Translations under genes and position numbers: made by a program | Notes under the pieces: generated by a model | What the model saw: the letters and a program-made list of their open reading frames with translations, nothing else | Databases searched by the model: none | Told to the model about the DNA's origin: nothing | Assembly (NCBI GenBank): GCA_963702435.1 | Contig: CAVPCR010000001.1 | Coordinates: 1,280,001-1,344,000, forward strand | Length of the DNA stretch: 64,000 nucleotides | Source: Candidatus Eiseniibacteriota bacterium | GTDB taxonomy: Bacteria; Eisenbacteria; RBG-16-71-46; CAVPCR01 | Reading direction: 5' to 3' | In this document: in pieces, positions 37,577 through 45,683 of the stretch | Layout of the letters: each line of letters opens with the position of its first letter | Numbering within the stretch: the first letter of the stretch is position 1

Positions 37577-40504
37577 GGGAGTCGACTCCGCCTCGAACGC
37601 CAGCGCCGGCATCCCGACCTCGCTCCGCTGCTCGATCCGGATGTCGCGCGCCGCGCCGCCGACACGCACGACGCAGTCGAACACGGGTGCCAGCTCCGTG
37701 TCCCCCGCCAGGAAGAAGATCTGGGGAAAGACCGGGATGAACTCGCGCAGGAGCTCGATGAATCCGGTCGTCCGCGCGCGATCGAAGCCGCCGAGCGGCT
37801 CGTCGAGGAAGAGGAAATGCCCGCCGCGGAGCCCCTTGGCCAGGAGCAGGACCTCGGCGAATCCGAGACGCTCGGCCAGGTGGATCTGGCCCTGCGTGCC
37901 GGTGGAGAGCTCGCCCGGGTCGACGAACGCGTTCTTCTCATCCGAGTAGACCCGCACGTGCGCTCCGGCCCCGACCTCCACCCGGCTGTAGCGGCCGCCG
38001 GTGATTCGATCCAGCGCGCGCCCGATGGCGCGGGCGAGATGCGGAACCACGCGTGCCGAGAGCTGCTGCGCGGCGCTGTCGAGAAGCTGCGCCGCGAGCT
38101 TCTCCCGTGCCAGGTCGGCGTCGAGCTCGTCCCGCTGTGCCGCCAGCGTATCGCTCTCGGCCGCCGCGCGATGGTGGGCCGCGAACTCCGGCGCACGGCT
38201 TGCAAAGTCGCCGCGCTCCGACTCGATCTGGGCCGCGAGCAAGGCTACCTGCTCGGCGATCGCGTCGCGCTCGCTCACCGCCGCATGCACCAGGGTTGCG
38301 AGCTGCTCGGCCGCCGGCAATGCGGCCGCCATGCCGGCCACGGCGGCGGTGAACTGCTCGCTCGCAAGTCGGTCGGCCGAACCACCGCCGGCCTGATCCA
38401 GGGCCGCCGCGCTCGTCCGGAGCTCTGCCAGCCCCGCGCGCAGGGTCGGGTCGGCCGCCATCACGCCGCCCAGCCGCTCGAGCGCGGCCACGCGCTCGCC
38501 CAGACCGAGCGGCGCCTCGCCCAGCGACTCCTCGCCCAGCACCTCGGCTGCGATGCGGGAAGCGACGGCCGGCACGTCCCCCTCTCCGGGCTCCCAGCCC
38601 AGCCGGGCGAGGGCGCTCTCAAGCCGGCCTGCGAACAACGCCGTCTCCTCGAGCAGCCGGGCGCCGTCCTCGACGGCCGTTCCCGATGCGGATGGCGCAC
38701 CGGCGATCGTCGCCGGGGCGGGCGCGTCCGGAGCGATCGCCGCAAGGTCCGCCGCCGCAGGAGCGACGACATCAAGCCGCCGCAGAATATCATCGTAGTG
38801 CGCAAGATTCTGCAGAGCGTGCTGCAGGCGCGCGGCCAATGAGCCGAGCGCGCGGAAGTGTGCTTCCTCCTGCCCGATCTCGATGTCCGCGGTCACAGCC
38901 GCGCGCTCCGGAGCAACGGCGCCGTCACGGCCCGGCGCCCCGGTCGCCGCTCCGGTCATGGCTCCGGCCGCCGCCCTGGCGCCCACCGCACCGCCGGCCG
39001 TCGCACCGCCGGCCGTCGCACCGCCGGCCGCCATTCGGATGTCGGCGGCGTGCTCGGATGCGATGCGCGCCGCCATCTCGCGGAGCCCCGGGTCCTCGAT
39101 CGCCACGAACTCCCGTTCCTTGAGCAGGTCGAGCGGCGTGCGCTGCGCGAGGAGCTGGCGCTCGCTCTCGAGCAGATCGATGCGCCGATCGATGTCGCGA
39201 ATCTCGCGCTGCCGCTGCGCCGCCGACCGCCGCCCCTGGCGCCGCTGCCAGAGACCGAGCGGCACGAGCAGGAACCCGGCGATGGCGAGAAACCCGTCGA
39301 TGAACGGAACGTAGTCGGGCAGATGCGCGGCGGCGCCGCGCACGAGCGGCGATCGGTGGAAACTGGGCAGCTCGACCCCGGTCAGGATCGCCCCGAGGAC
39401 GCCGAGCACGAGCAGCAAGGCCGCCAGCGCCAGCGTCCAGCGGCCGCTCGTCATGAGATGCGCGGTCTCCGCGACCGCGCACAGCCGCTCGTCCGCCACG
39501 CTGCCGGTGCGCCCGGCATCGAGCATGCGCTGGAGGTCGGCGCCGCGCGCCCCCACGCGGTCGCCGAAGCGCGCGAGCAACTCGTGGAAGGAGTCACTCC
39601 GCTCCTGCTCTCCGCGCGCGGTCATGACCCGCGCCGCGACTCCGGCCCGCGCCCCGGGAAGCGCAGCGAGCGCCGCCCCGAGTCGCAAGGAGAGCGGCCC
39701 GATCTCGCCGGCGGCGGAGCGGGCCGCACCGAGCGCCGCCAGGCGATCCAGGCCGCGGGCCAGTTCCTCATGGTGCGCGCGCATATCCCGCACGCGGCCG
39801 ACGCGCGCTTCGTGCGCGGAGAGCTTTTCCTGCAATGCCGCGAGCTCCGCCTCGCGATCGGCGAGGGAGGCCAGATGCGACGCCTCCACGGTGCGGCCGC
39901 GCATCGCATCCCCGCCCTGCTCCCGCTCACGCGCGAGGGTATGCTCCACCTCGGCACGAACGCGCGCGATCTCGCCCGTCCGCTTCGCCGAGAGCGACAC
40001 CGCCCGCCGGAAGAGCGCGACCCCGCTCAGCCGTTCGATGGACGCGGCCAGGGTGTCCCGGCCCTGCGGCCGCTCGAGCTCGCCCTGGGCCATGTAGACG
40101 CTGGCGCGAAAGTCGGCGAACGAGTATCCGAGGAGCTGGTTCAGCTCGCGCGCGACGGGATAGACGCCGGACACGGTGCGTCCCGTATCCAGGTCCTCGA
40201 GCTGGGCGAGGTGCTCGCCGAGCCGATCGATCTCCCTGAACACACGGAATGAACCGCGCCCCGGGATCTCGAAGGAGAGCTCGACCTCCGCGAAGTCGGC
40301 CCCCCAGCGGATAAGCGAGGCGAGGTGCTCGGGACCCGGGCGGGCGGTGCCCCCGAAGAGCGCGAAGCAGATGGCGTGACCGAGCGTGCTCTTCCCGGAC
40401 TCGTTCTCGCCGAGCACGCCGATGAGTCCCGCGGCCGGCAGAGCGGTGAGCTCGAGCTCGCGGAACCGCATGAAGTTCGTGGCGCTGAGCCTAGTCAGGA
40501 TCAT
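37562..40504 (-). CDS. SbcC/Rad50/YhaN-like SMC-family ATPase with two central TM helices
   Basis: NFMRF, Walker A GENESGKST, Q-loop YMAQGE, coiled coils, signature LSTGT, Walker B FLFLDEP, D-loop GGFD. TM segments WTLALAALLLVLGVLGAIL and FLAIAGFLLVPLGLW. Confidence 0.88.
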   Translation of the reverse strand: MILTRLSATNFMRFRELELTALPAAGLIGVLGENESGKSTLGHAICFALFGGTARPGPEHLASLIRWGADFAEVELSFEIPGRGSFRVFREIDRLGEHLAQLEDLDTGRTVSGVYPVARELNQLLGYSFADFRASVYMAQGELERPQGRDTLAASIERLSGVALFRRAVSLSAKRTGEIARVRAEVEHTLAREREQGGDAMRGRTVEASHLASLADREAELAALQEKLSAHEARVGRVRDMRAHHEELARGLDRLAALGAARSAAGEIGPLSLRLGAALAALPGARAGVAARVMTARGEQERSDSFHELLARFGDRVGARGADLQRMLDAGRTGSVADERLCAVAETAHLMTSGRWTLALAALLLVLGVLGAILTGVELPSFHRSPLVRGAAAHLPDYVPFIDGFLAIAGFLLVPLGLWQRRQGRRSAAQRQREIRDIDRRIDLLESERQLLAQRTPLDLLKEREFVAIEDPGLREMAARIASEHAADIRMAAGGATAGGATAGGAVGARAAAGAMTGAATGAPGRDGAVAPERAAVTADIEIGQEEAHFRALGSLAARLQHALQNLAHYDDILRRLDVVAPAAADLAAIAPDAPAPATIAGAPSASGTAVEDGARLLEETALFAGRLESALARLGWEPGEGDVPAVASRIAAEVLGEESLGEAPLGLGERVAALERLGGVMAADPTLRAGLAELRTSAAALDQAGGGSADRLASEQFTAAVAGMAAALPAAEQLATLVHAAVSERDAIAEQVALLAAQIESERGDFASRAPEFAAHHRAAAESDTLAAQRDELDADLAREKLAAQLLDSAAQQLSARVVPHLARAIGRALDRITGGRYSRVEVGAGAHVRVYSDEKNAFVDPGELSTGTQGQIHLAERLGFAEVLLLAKGLRGGHFLFLDEPLGGFDRARTTGFIELLREFIPVFPQIFFLAGDTELAPVFDCVVRVGGAARDIRIEQRSEVGMPALAFEAESTPKLSA

Positions 40505-40679
40505 GCTCGCCCTCGGCAGCTGCTAGCAACTCGAGACCCCGGCGCAGGGCCTCCTCGATGCGGGCCACTTCCGCGTCGTCACGCAGGCGCCGCTGGGCGC
40601 TCAGGCGGCGCTGGACGAAACCTGCGAATTCCTCGTGCGGCGTGCGAATGCTAGGAAACCCATCCGTGGGCGTGGACAT
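40491..40679 (-). CDS. 62-aa helical protein resembling the C-terminal ATPase-binding helices of SbcD/YhaO-type nucleases
   Basis: GGAG 6 nt before the ATG. FAGFVQRRL...IEEALRRGLELL. Overlaps the ATPase start by 14 nt. Confidence 0.6.
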   Translation of the reverse strand: MSTPTDGFPSIRTPHEEFAGFVQRRLSAQRRLRDDAEVARIEEALRRGLELLAAAEGEHDPD

Positions 40680-40711
40680 GTAGGACTCCGGGGTTGTGCA
40701 GCGCGCCGGGA

Positions 40712-41353
40712 TCAGCGGTTCCGTCCGCCGTCCTCGGTGAAACGGGCCTCGACCAGCCGGCTGAGCAGCGACTCGGGCAGCTCGCGCACACGGCCGAGGG
40801 TGCGCGCGAGGAGAAGCACGCGCGCGTAGTGCTCGACGAGCTCGAGGCGGGCGGCGGCCTTCCAGGCATCGTCGCCGATCGTGATGACGCCGCGATTGGC
40901 CAGGAGGAAGGTGGTCGATTCACCGAGGTGCGGAATGATCGACTCGCCCATCCCCGTCGGCCCCTCCTGGCTGACCAGCGGGACGTGCCCGAGCCTGAGC
41001 ACCATCTCGGGCAGGATCTGCTCCTCGAGCGGCTCGCCGGCGATGGCGAAGCCGGTGGCATGCGGCGGCTGAGCGAAGAGGACCGCACCGACGTCCTCGC
41101 GTTCGCGGTAGATGACGAGGTGGGTCCAGAGATCGGAGGACGGCCGGATCTCGGTCTTGCTCTTGCCGTCGAGACGCACCGACTCGAGCTGGCGGGCCTC
41201 GAGCCGCCCGCGATGCGCACCGTCGGGCGTGATGATGATCTCCTCGCCCGCGCGCGCGCTCAGGAGCCCGCATTCGGCGACGAGATAACCGAGCCGGCTC
41301 AGGTGCGCGGAGACCTCGACCAGATCCCGCTTCGCTTGCCCACTGCTACCCAT
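40712..41353 (-). CDS. Class II aldolase/adducin-family protein lacking zinc ligands
   Basis: Family scaffold LSAR..IIITPDG, PSSD.WTHLVIYREREDVGAV, PPHAT, LLANRG, LELVEHYA. GAGGAG SD. Confidence 0.85.
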   Translation of the reverse strand: MGSSGQAKRDLVEVSAHLSRLGYLVAECGLLSARAGEEIIITPDGAHRGRLEARQLESVRLDGKSKTEIRPSSDLWTHLVIYREREDVGAVLFAQPPHATGFAIAGEPLEEQILPEMVLRLGHVPLVSQEGPTGMGESIIPHLGESTTFLLANRGVITIGDDAWKAAARLELVEHYARVLLLARTLGRVRELPESLLSRLVEARFTEDGGRNR

Positions 41354-41416
41354 CAGATCTCCTCGGGGATGCGCGACGTGCGCCCGGCGGCCACGAGCTG
41401 GACGGGCGATTGTATA

Positions 41417-43015
41417 TCAAACGGCGGCGGCGCGCTCCGCCCGGGCGAACCGCTGCCCCGCTCGGCCCGGAGCGAGCTCGCGCAGCACGGCCGGCACCTG
41501 GGCCAGGATATCCCCGGCCAGGAGGCCGTGCTCCCCGCGCTCGGCGGCGGCGCGATCCCCGGCCCGCGCGTGGACGTACATGCCGAGGGCGGCGGCGGCG
41601 GCCGGCACCAGTCCCTGGCCGCAGAGCCCGAGGAGAACCCCGGTCAGGACATCCCCCGCGCCCGCAGTCGCCATGCCGGGGTTCCCGCGATCGCAGAGCA
41701 CGGTCGGCTCGCCGGGAGCGCCGACCACCGAGGGCGAACCCTTGAGGAGAACGACGTGCCCGCTCGCGCGGGCGACGCGGCCGGGTAGGACGAGGCGTTC
41801 CGCCTCGACCGACTGCGGATCGATGCCCGTGATCCGGGCCATCTCGACCACGTGCGGAGTGAGGATGAGCGGGCCGGCGGCGGCGGCGAGTTCGCCGGGC
41901 CGTCCTTCGAACGCGTTCAGCCCGTCGGCATCGAGCACGATCGGCCGCCGGATCTCCCGCACGAGGTAACGCACGAGCTCGGCGGTCTCGAGCTCGCGCG
42001 AGATGCCGGGGCCGATCGCCAGCGCATCGGCCCGCTCCGCGGCGGCGAGGATCGCATCCACGGCGCGCACCGAGATCGTGCGCCGTCCCGTTTCCGGCAG
42101 CGCGAGCGTCATCACCTCGGTGAGCTTCGCCGCGAGCACATCCGCGAGGCTCGCGGGCACCGCCACCGTGACGAGCCCGCCCCCGGCGCGGAGCGCGCCC
42201 TCGCCGGCCATCGCCACCGCCCCGGTCAGGCCGGCGGAGCCGCCGATCACGAGCAGGCGCCCGAAGCGCCCCTTGTGATCGACGCGCCGGCGGATCGGCA
42301 CGAGGGCGGACGCGTCCGCGCCGTCGATCAGGCGATAGGCCGGCGCGTGCCGAGCCAGCGCCGCCGCGGCGATCCCGATATCCACGACCTCGATCTCGTC
42401 CGTGAACCCGCGTCCCGGATCCACGAAGCAGCCGACCTTGGCGCAGCCGAAGGTCACGGTGAGATCGGCGCGGACACAGGGGTCGGCGACGATGCCGGTA
42501 TCGGCATCGAGCCCCGACGGGATATCGACCGCGATGACCTCGCCGCCCGCCTCGTTCACGATCTCGATCGCCCGGGCGATCGGCCCCGTCACCGCGCCGC
42601 GGAACCCGGTGCCGAGGAGCGCGTCCACGACCACGTCGGCCTCGCCGACCGCGGCACGGAAACGCGCCCAGTCGGCAGCCCGCTCGAGCAGGCGGACGCG
42701 ACTGCCCAGAGCCTCGAACCGGTCGCGATTGACGCGCGCATCGCCGGTCAGCTCGGCCGGCGCCGCGGTCGAGAACGCGAGAACCTCCGCGCCGTGCTCG
42801 CGGAGTCCGCGCGCCACCACGTAGCCGTCGCCGCCGTTGTTGCCGCGGCCGGCGACGATGACGGCGCGCAGCCGGGCCAGGTCGCCCCACCGCGCGCGAA
42901 TGGCGCGGACGACCCCCTGGCCGGCGCGCTCCATGAGCACGAGGCCGGGGACGGCGTGATCCTCGATCGTCGCTCGATCGAGCTCGCGCATCTCGTCGCG
43001 GGTGACGAGTCGCAT
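41417..43015 (-). CDS. nnr: Bifunctional NAD(P)H-hydrate epimerase/dehydratase
   Basis: LMERAG, GRGNNGGDG, DALLGTG, VDIPSG, HKGRFG, IGPG, LDADGL, LTPH, GNPGMATAGAGDVL. Confidence 0.96.
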   Translation of the reverse strand: MRLVTRDEMRELDRATIEDHAVPGLVLMERAGQGVVRAIRARWGDLARLRAVIVAGRGNNGGDGYVVARGLREHGAEVLAFSTAAPAELTGDARVNRDRFEALGSRVRLLERAADWARFRAAVGEADVVVDALLGTGFRGAVTGPIARAIEIVNEAGGEVIAVDIPSGLDADTGIVADPCVRADLTVTFGCAKVGCFVDPGRGFTDEIEVVDIGIAAAALARHAPAYRLIDGADASALVPIRRRVDHKGRFGRLLVIGGSAGLTGAVAMAGEGALRAGGGLVTVAVPASLADVLAAKLTEVMTLALPETGRRTISVRAVDAILAAAERADALAIGPGISRELETAELVRYLVREIRRPIVLDADGLNAFEGRPGELAAAAGPLILTPHVVEMARITGIDPQSVEAERLVLPGRVARASGHVVLLKGSPSVVGAPGEPTVLCDRGNPGMATAGAGDVLTGVLLGLCGQGLVPAAAAALGMYVHARAGDRAAAERGEHGLLAGDILAQVPAVLRELAPGRAGQRFARAERAAAV

Positions 43016-43070
43016 GCGGAACGACCTCCTTGTCGGCCGATTGGTCAGGCGATGAGGACCGCCCGGACCC

Positions 43071-43439
43071 TCAGGTGATGATGACCGCGGCCATGGCCAG
43101 GTCGCGCGAGTGCGTGAGGCTCACGAGGATCGGGCGCTCGCCGACGAGCGCCGCGAGGCGCGGCGAGACGCGGAGCCCCGGCTTCTGCACCCCGTCCTCC
43201 CCCGCATCCATCACCACCTCGACCTCCCGCCACGTCGGATCGGCGCCACGCGGGGCGGCCTTGGCGAAGGCCTCCTTGGCTGCGAAGCGCGCCGCGAGCG
43301 ACGGCGCCGGATCGCGGCGCCGAGCGCAGTAGGCGATCTCCGCGGGCGTGAAGATGCGCGCCAGGAAACGATCGCCGTGCCGCCGGACCGCGCTCCGGAC
43401 CCGGGCGATCTCGATCATGTCGATACCGAGGCTCGCCAT
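43071..43439 (-). CDS. acpS: Holo-[acyl-carrier-protein] synthase
   Basis: LGIDMIEI, RIFTPAE, AARFAAKEA, VSLTH. TGgTATCCT ends 8 nt before the ATG. Confidence 0.95.
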   Translation of the reverse strand: MASLGIDMIEIARVRSAVRRHGDRFLARIFTPAEIAYCARRRDPAPSLAARFAAKEAFAKAAPRGADPTWREVEVVMDAGEDGVQKPGLRVSPRLAALVGERPILVSLTHSRDLAMAAVIIT

Positions 43440-43514
43440 CGCCGGCGAGGATACCAGCGGGCGCAGGTTCGGGCCAGCGGGGTGCCCCGGACGCAGTCCG
43501 CGACCACGCGCGGC

Positions 43515-45683
43515 CTACTTGATCCGCACGAGCCGCCGCGCCGTCGTGTAGCCGGGTACTTCGAGGCGGTAGAAATAGACGCCCGAGCCGGCGATCTCGC
43601 CGCGCTCGTTCCGGCCGTCCCAGCGCACGACCTGCTCGCCGCGATCGAGGAAACCGTCGAGGAGCACGCGCACGGTTCGACCCGCGGCATCCAGGAGGCG
43701 AAGCGTGGCCGGTCCCTCCGCCCAGGTCACGAACCTGATCTCGGTCGCGCCGGCGCCAAGCGCAAAGGGGTTGGGATAGCTCTGTCCGAGGAGCGCCGTA
43801 CTGGCCGGCGGCGGCCCCCATGGCTGCCCCGCGCATTGCGCGGGAAGCACGATGAGTCCCGACCCGTAATCGGTGACGTAGACGAGAGAGCCGGCGATCG
43901 CCACCCCGCAGGCGTTGCCGCGCGTATCGGCGCCGCCGATCATCGCCGGCGCCTCGGGGTTCGCGATGTCGATCACGAGGAGGCCGGCCGTCCAGTCCGC
44001 GACGTAGGCCTGGGTGGAGGACAGGGTGACGCACTCGGCCGTGCCGGGCGTGTCCATGTTGCCGAGCAGGCGCGGGCGGGCGGGGTCGGCGACGTCGACG
44101 AGGAGAAGACCCCGCTCGCCGAGAGCCACGGCCGCAACGGTGTCGCCGCTCCCGCCGAGAGCGACACTTCCGGCGTTCCCGGGTGTGACGACCGAGCCGG
44201 CGAGAACCGGCGCGGCGGGATCCGAGATGTCCACCACCTGGAACCCCGCGGACCAATCCGCGACGTAGGCCCAGGCTCCGTCCACCGCGACATCGTCAGC
44301 GAGTCCCGGCGTGTCCACGCCCCCGGCGAGGGCGGGTGATGCTGGATTCGAGACATCGACCACCTGGAGCCCTGCGTTGTCGCAGGCCAGGTAGGCGAAG
44401 GCCCCCGCCACATGAACCCCCCGCGCCTCGCCGGGAGTGGCCAGCGATCCGATGCGGACCGGCGCGGTGAAATCGGTGAGGTCGATCACCTGGAGCCCGG
44501 CGAGCCCATCGGCCACGAAGGCGGTCGTTCCCGCGACGCAGACGTCGTACGCAAGGCCCGGCGTGTCGAGCCGGCCGACCAGCGCCGGCCGGTGCGGACT
44601 CGAGATGTCGAGCAGCTCAAGTCCGGCATCGCGGCCGGCGATCACCGCATGGGATCCGACCAGAGCGAGATTCGACGCATACCCCGGCGTGTCGGCGTAA
44701 CCGATCGCCGGCACTGTCGCCGGGACGGCAACATCGAGCACCTGCAACCCTTCCTCCCAGTCGGCGACGATGAGATGTGGTCCGGCGATGGCCATGGCCG
44801 CCGCATGCCCCGGCGTGTCCAGGCGCCCGATCACTTCGGGAGAGACGGGATCGTGGACGGAAAACACCGCGACGCCCGCCGCCGAGTCGGCGACGAAGAG
44901 ATGCGATCCGGCGAGCACGACATCCCCGGCGCGATCGGTCGCGGTCACTTGCCGCACGATCCGCGGGGCCGCGGGGTCCGTGATGTCGACGACGTCCAGC
45001 GACAACCAGGTTGCCACATAGAGGAAGGGAGGATCGGCCGCAACAGCCTCCGCGGAGAGGTTCATGGTGCTCACGAGGGCCGGACGCGACGGATCCGTCA
45101 CGTCGATGATTTGCATCTGCGGTCCGTTAGTGACGAACGCGTGCCCCCCCGCCACTGCCACGTAGCGCGTGAAGAGCCCTCCGGCCAGCCCGCCCACAAG
45201 CTTGGGGAACGCAGGGCGCGAGATGTCGTACACCTTGAGGCCGGAGCCGCCGTCGGCGAGATACGCGTGGGAGCCGGCGATTGTCACGCAACTCGCGTAG
45301 TTCGTGGGCACCTGCCGCACGACAACCGGCGCGACGGGGTTCGAGACATCGACGACCTGAAGGCCGGCGCGCCCCGCCGCGATGTAGACAATCGATCCGG
45401 CCACGGCCACAGACAAGGCCTGATCGGGAGTCACCACTCGCGCCACCACCCGCGGCATCGCGGGGTCCGCGAGATCGATCACCGCAAGGCCGCTGTGGAC
45501 ATCGGTGACATAGGCATGGGACCCGCCTGTCGCCACGGCAGCAGCGATCCCCGGAGTCTCGACGCCGCCCACCCATCGCATGGTGTCGGCGTAGTCGACG
45601 CAGTCGGCGGCGCCCGCCTGAGTGCCGGCCGTGGCGACGAGCAGGAGGAGGCACGCCCCCCGCCATGTCATCTTCATGCTCAT
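43515..45683 (-). CDS. Secreted LVIVD-repeat beta-propeller protein with FlgD-Ig/T9SS-like CTD
   Basis: Many AYVAD...GL.V.D.S.P..P repeats. C-terminus SYPNPF...LLDAAGRTV...WDGRN...SGVYFYRL. ATGA overlap with the upstream gene. Confidence 0.9.
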   Translation of the reverse strand: MSMKMTWRGACLLLLVATAGTQAGAADCVDYADTMRWVGGVETPGIAAAVATGGSHAYVTDVHSGLAVIDLADPAMPRVVARVVTPDQALSVAVAGSIVYIAAGRAGLQVVDVSNPVAPVVVRQVPTNYASCVTIAGSHAYLADGGSGLKVYDISRPAFPKLVGGLAGGLFTRYVAVAGGHAFVTNGPQMQIIDVTDPSRPALVSTMNLSAEAVAADPPFLYVATWLSLDVVDITDPAAPRIVRQVTATDRAGDVVLAGSHLFVADSAAGVAVFSVHDPVSPEVIGRLDTPGHAAAMAIAGPHLIVADWEEGLQVLDVAVPATVPAIGYADTPGYASNLALVGSHAVIAGRDAGLELLDISSPHRPALVGRLDTPGLAYDVCVAGTTAFVADGLAGLQVIDLTDFTAPVRIGSLATPGEARGVHVAGAFAYLACDNAGLQVVDVSNPASPALAGGVDTPGLADDVAVDGAWAYVADWSAGFQVVDISDPAAPVLAGSVVTPGNAGSVALGGSGDTVAAVALGERGLLLVDVADPARPRLLGNMDTPGTAECVTLSSTQAYVADWTAGLLVIDIANPEAPAMIGGADTRGNACGVAIAGSLVYVTDYGSGLIVLPAQCAGQPWGPPPASTALLGQSYPNPFALGAGATEIRFVTWAEGPATLRLLDAAGRTVRVLLDGFLDRGEQVVRWDGRNERGEIAGSGVYFYRLEVPGYTTARRLVRIK

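Noticed and set aside
37562..40504. Canonical Smc, SbcCD, Wadjet or Lamassu system
   Set aside because: No hinge, Zn hook, nuclease, kleisin or recognisable effector, and central TM helices are present. Kept as an unusual unit under findings.
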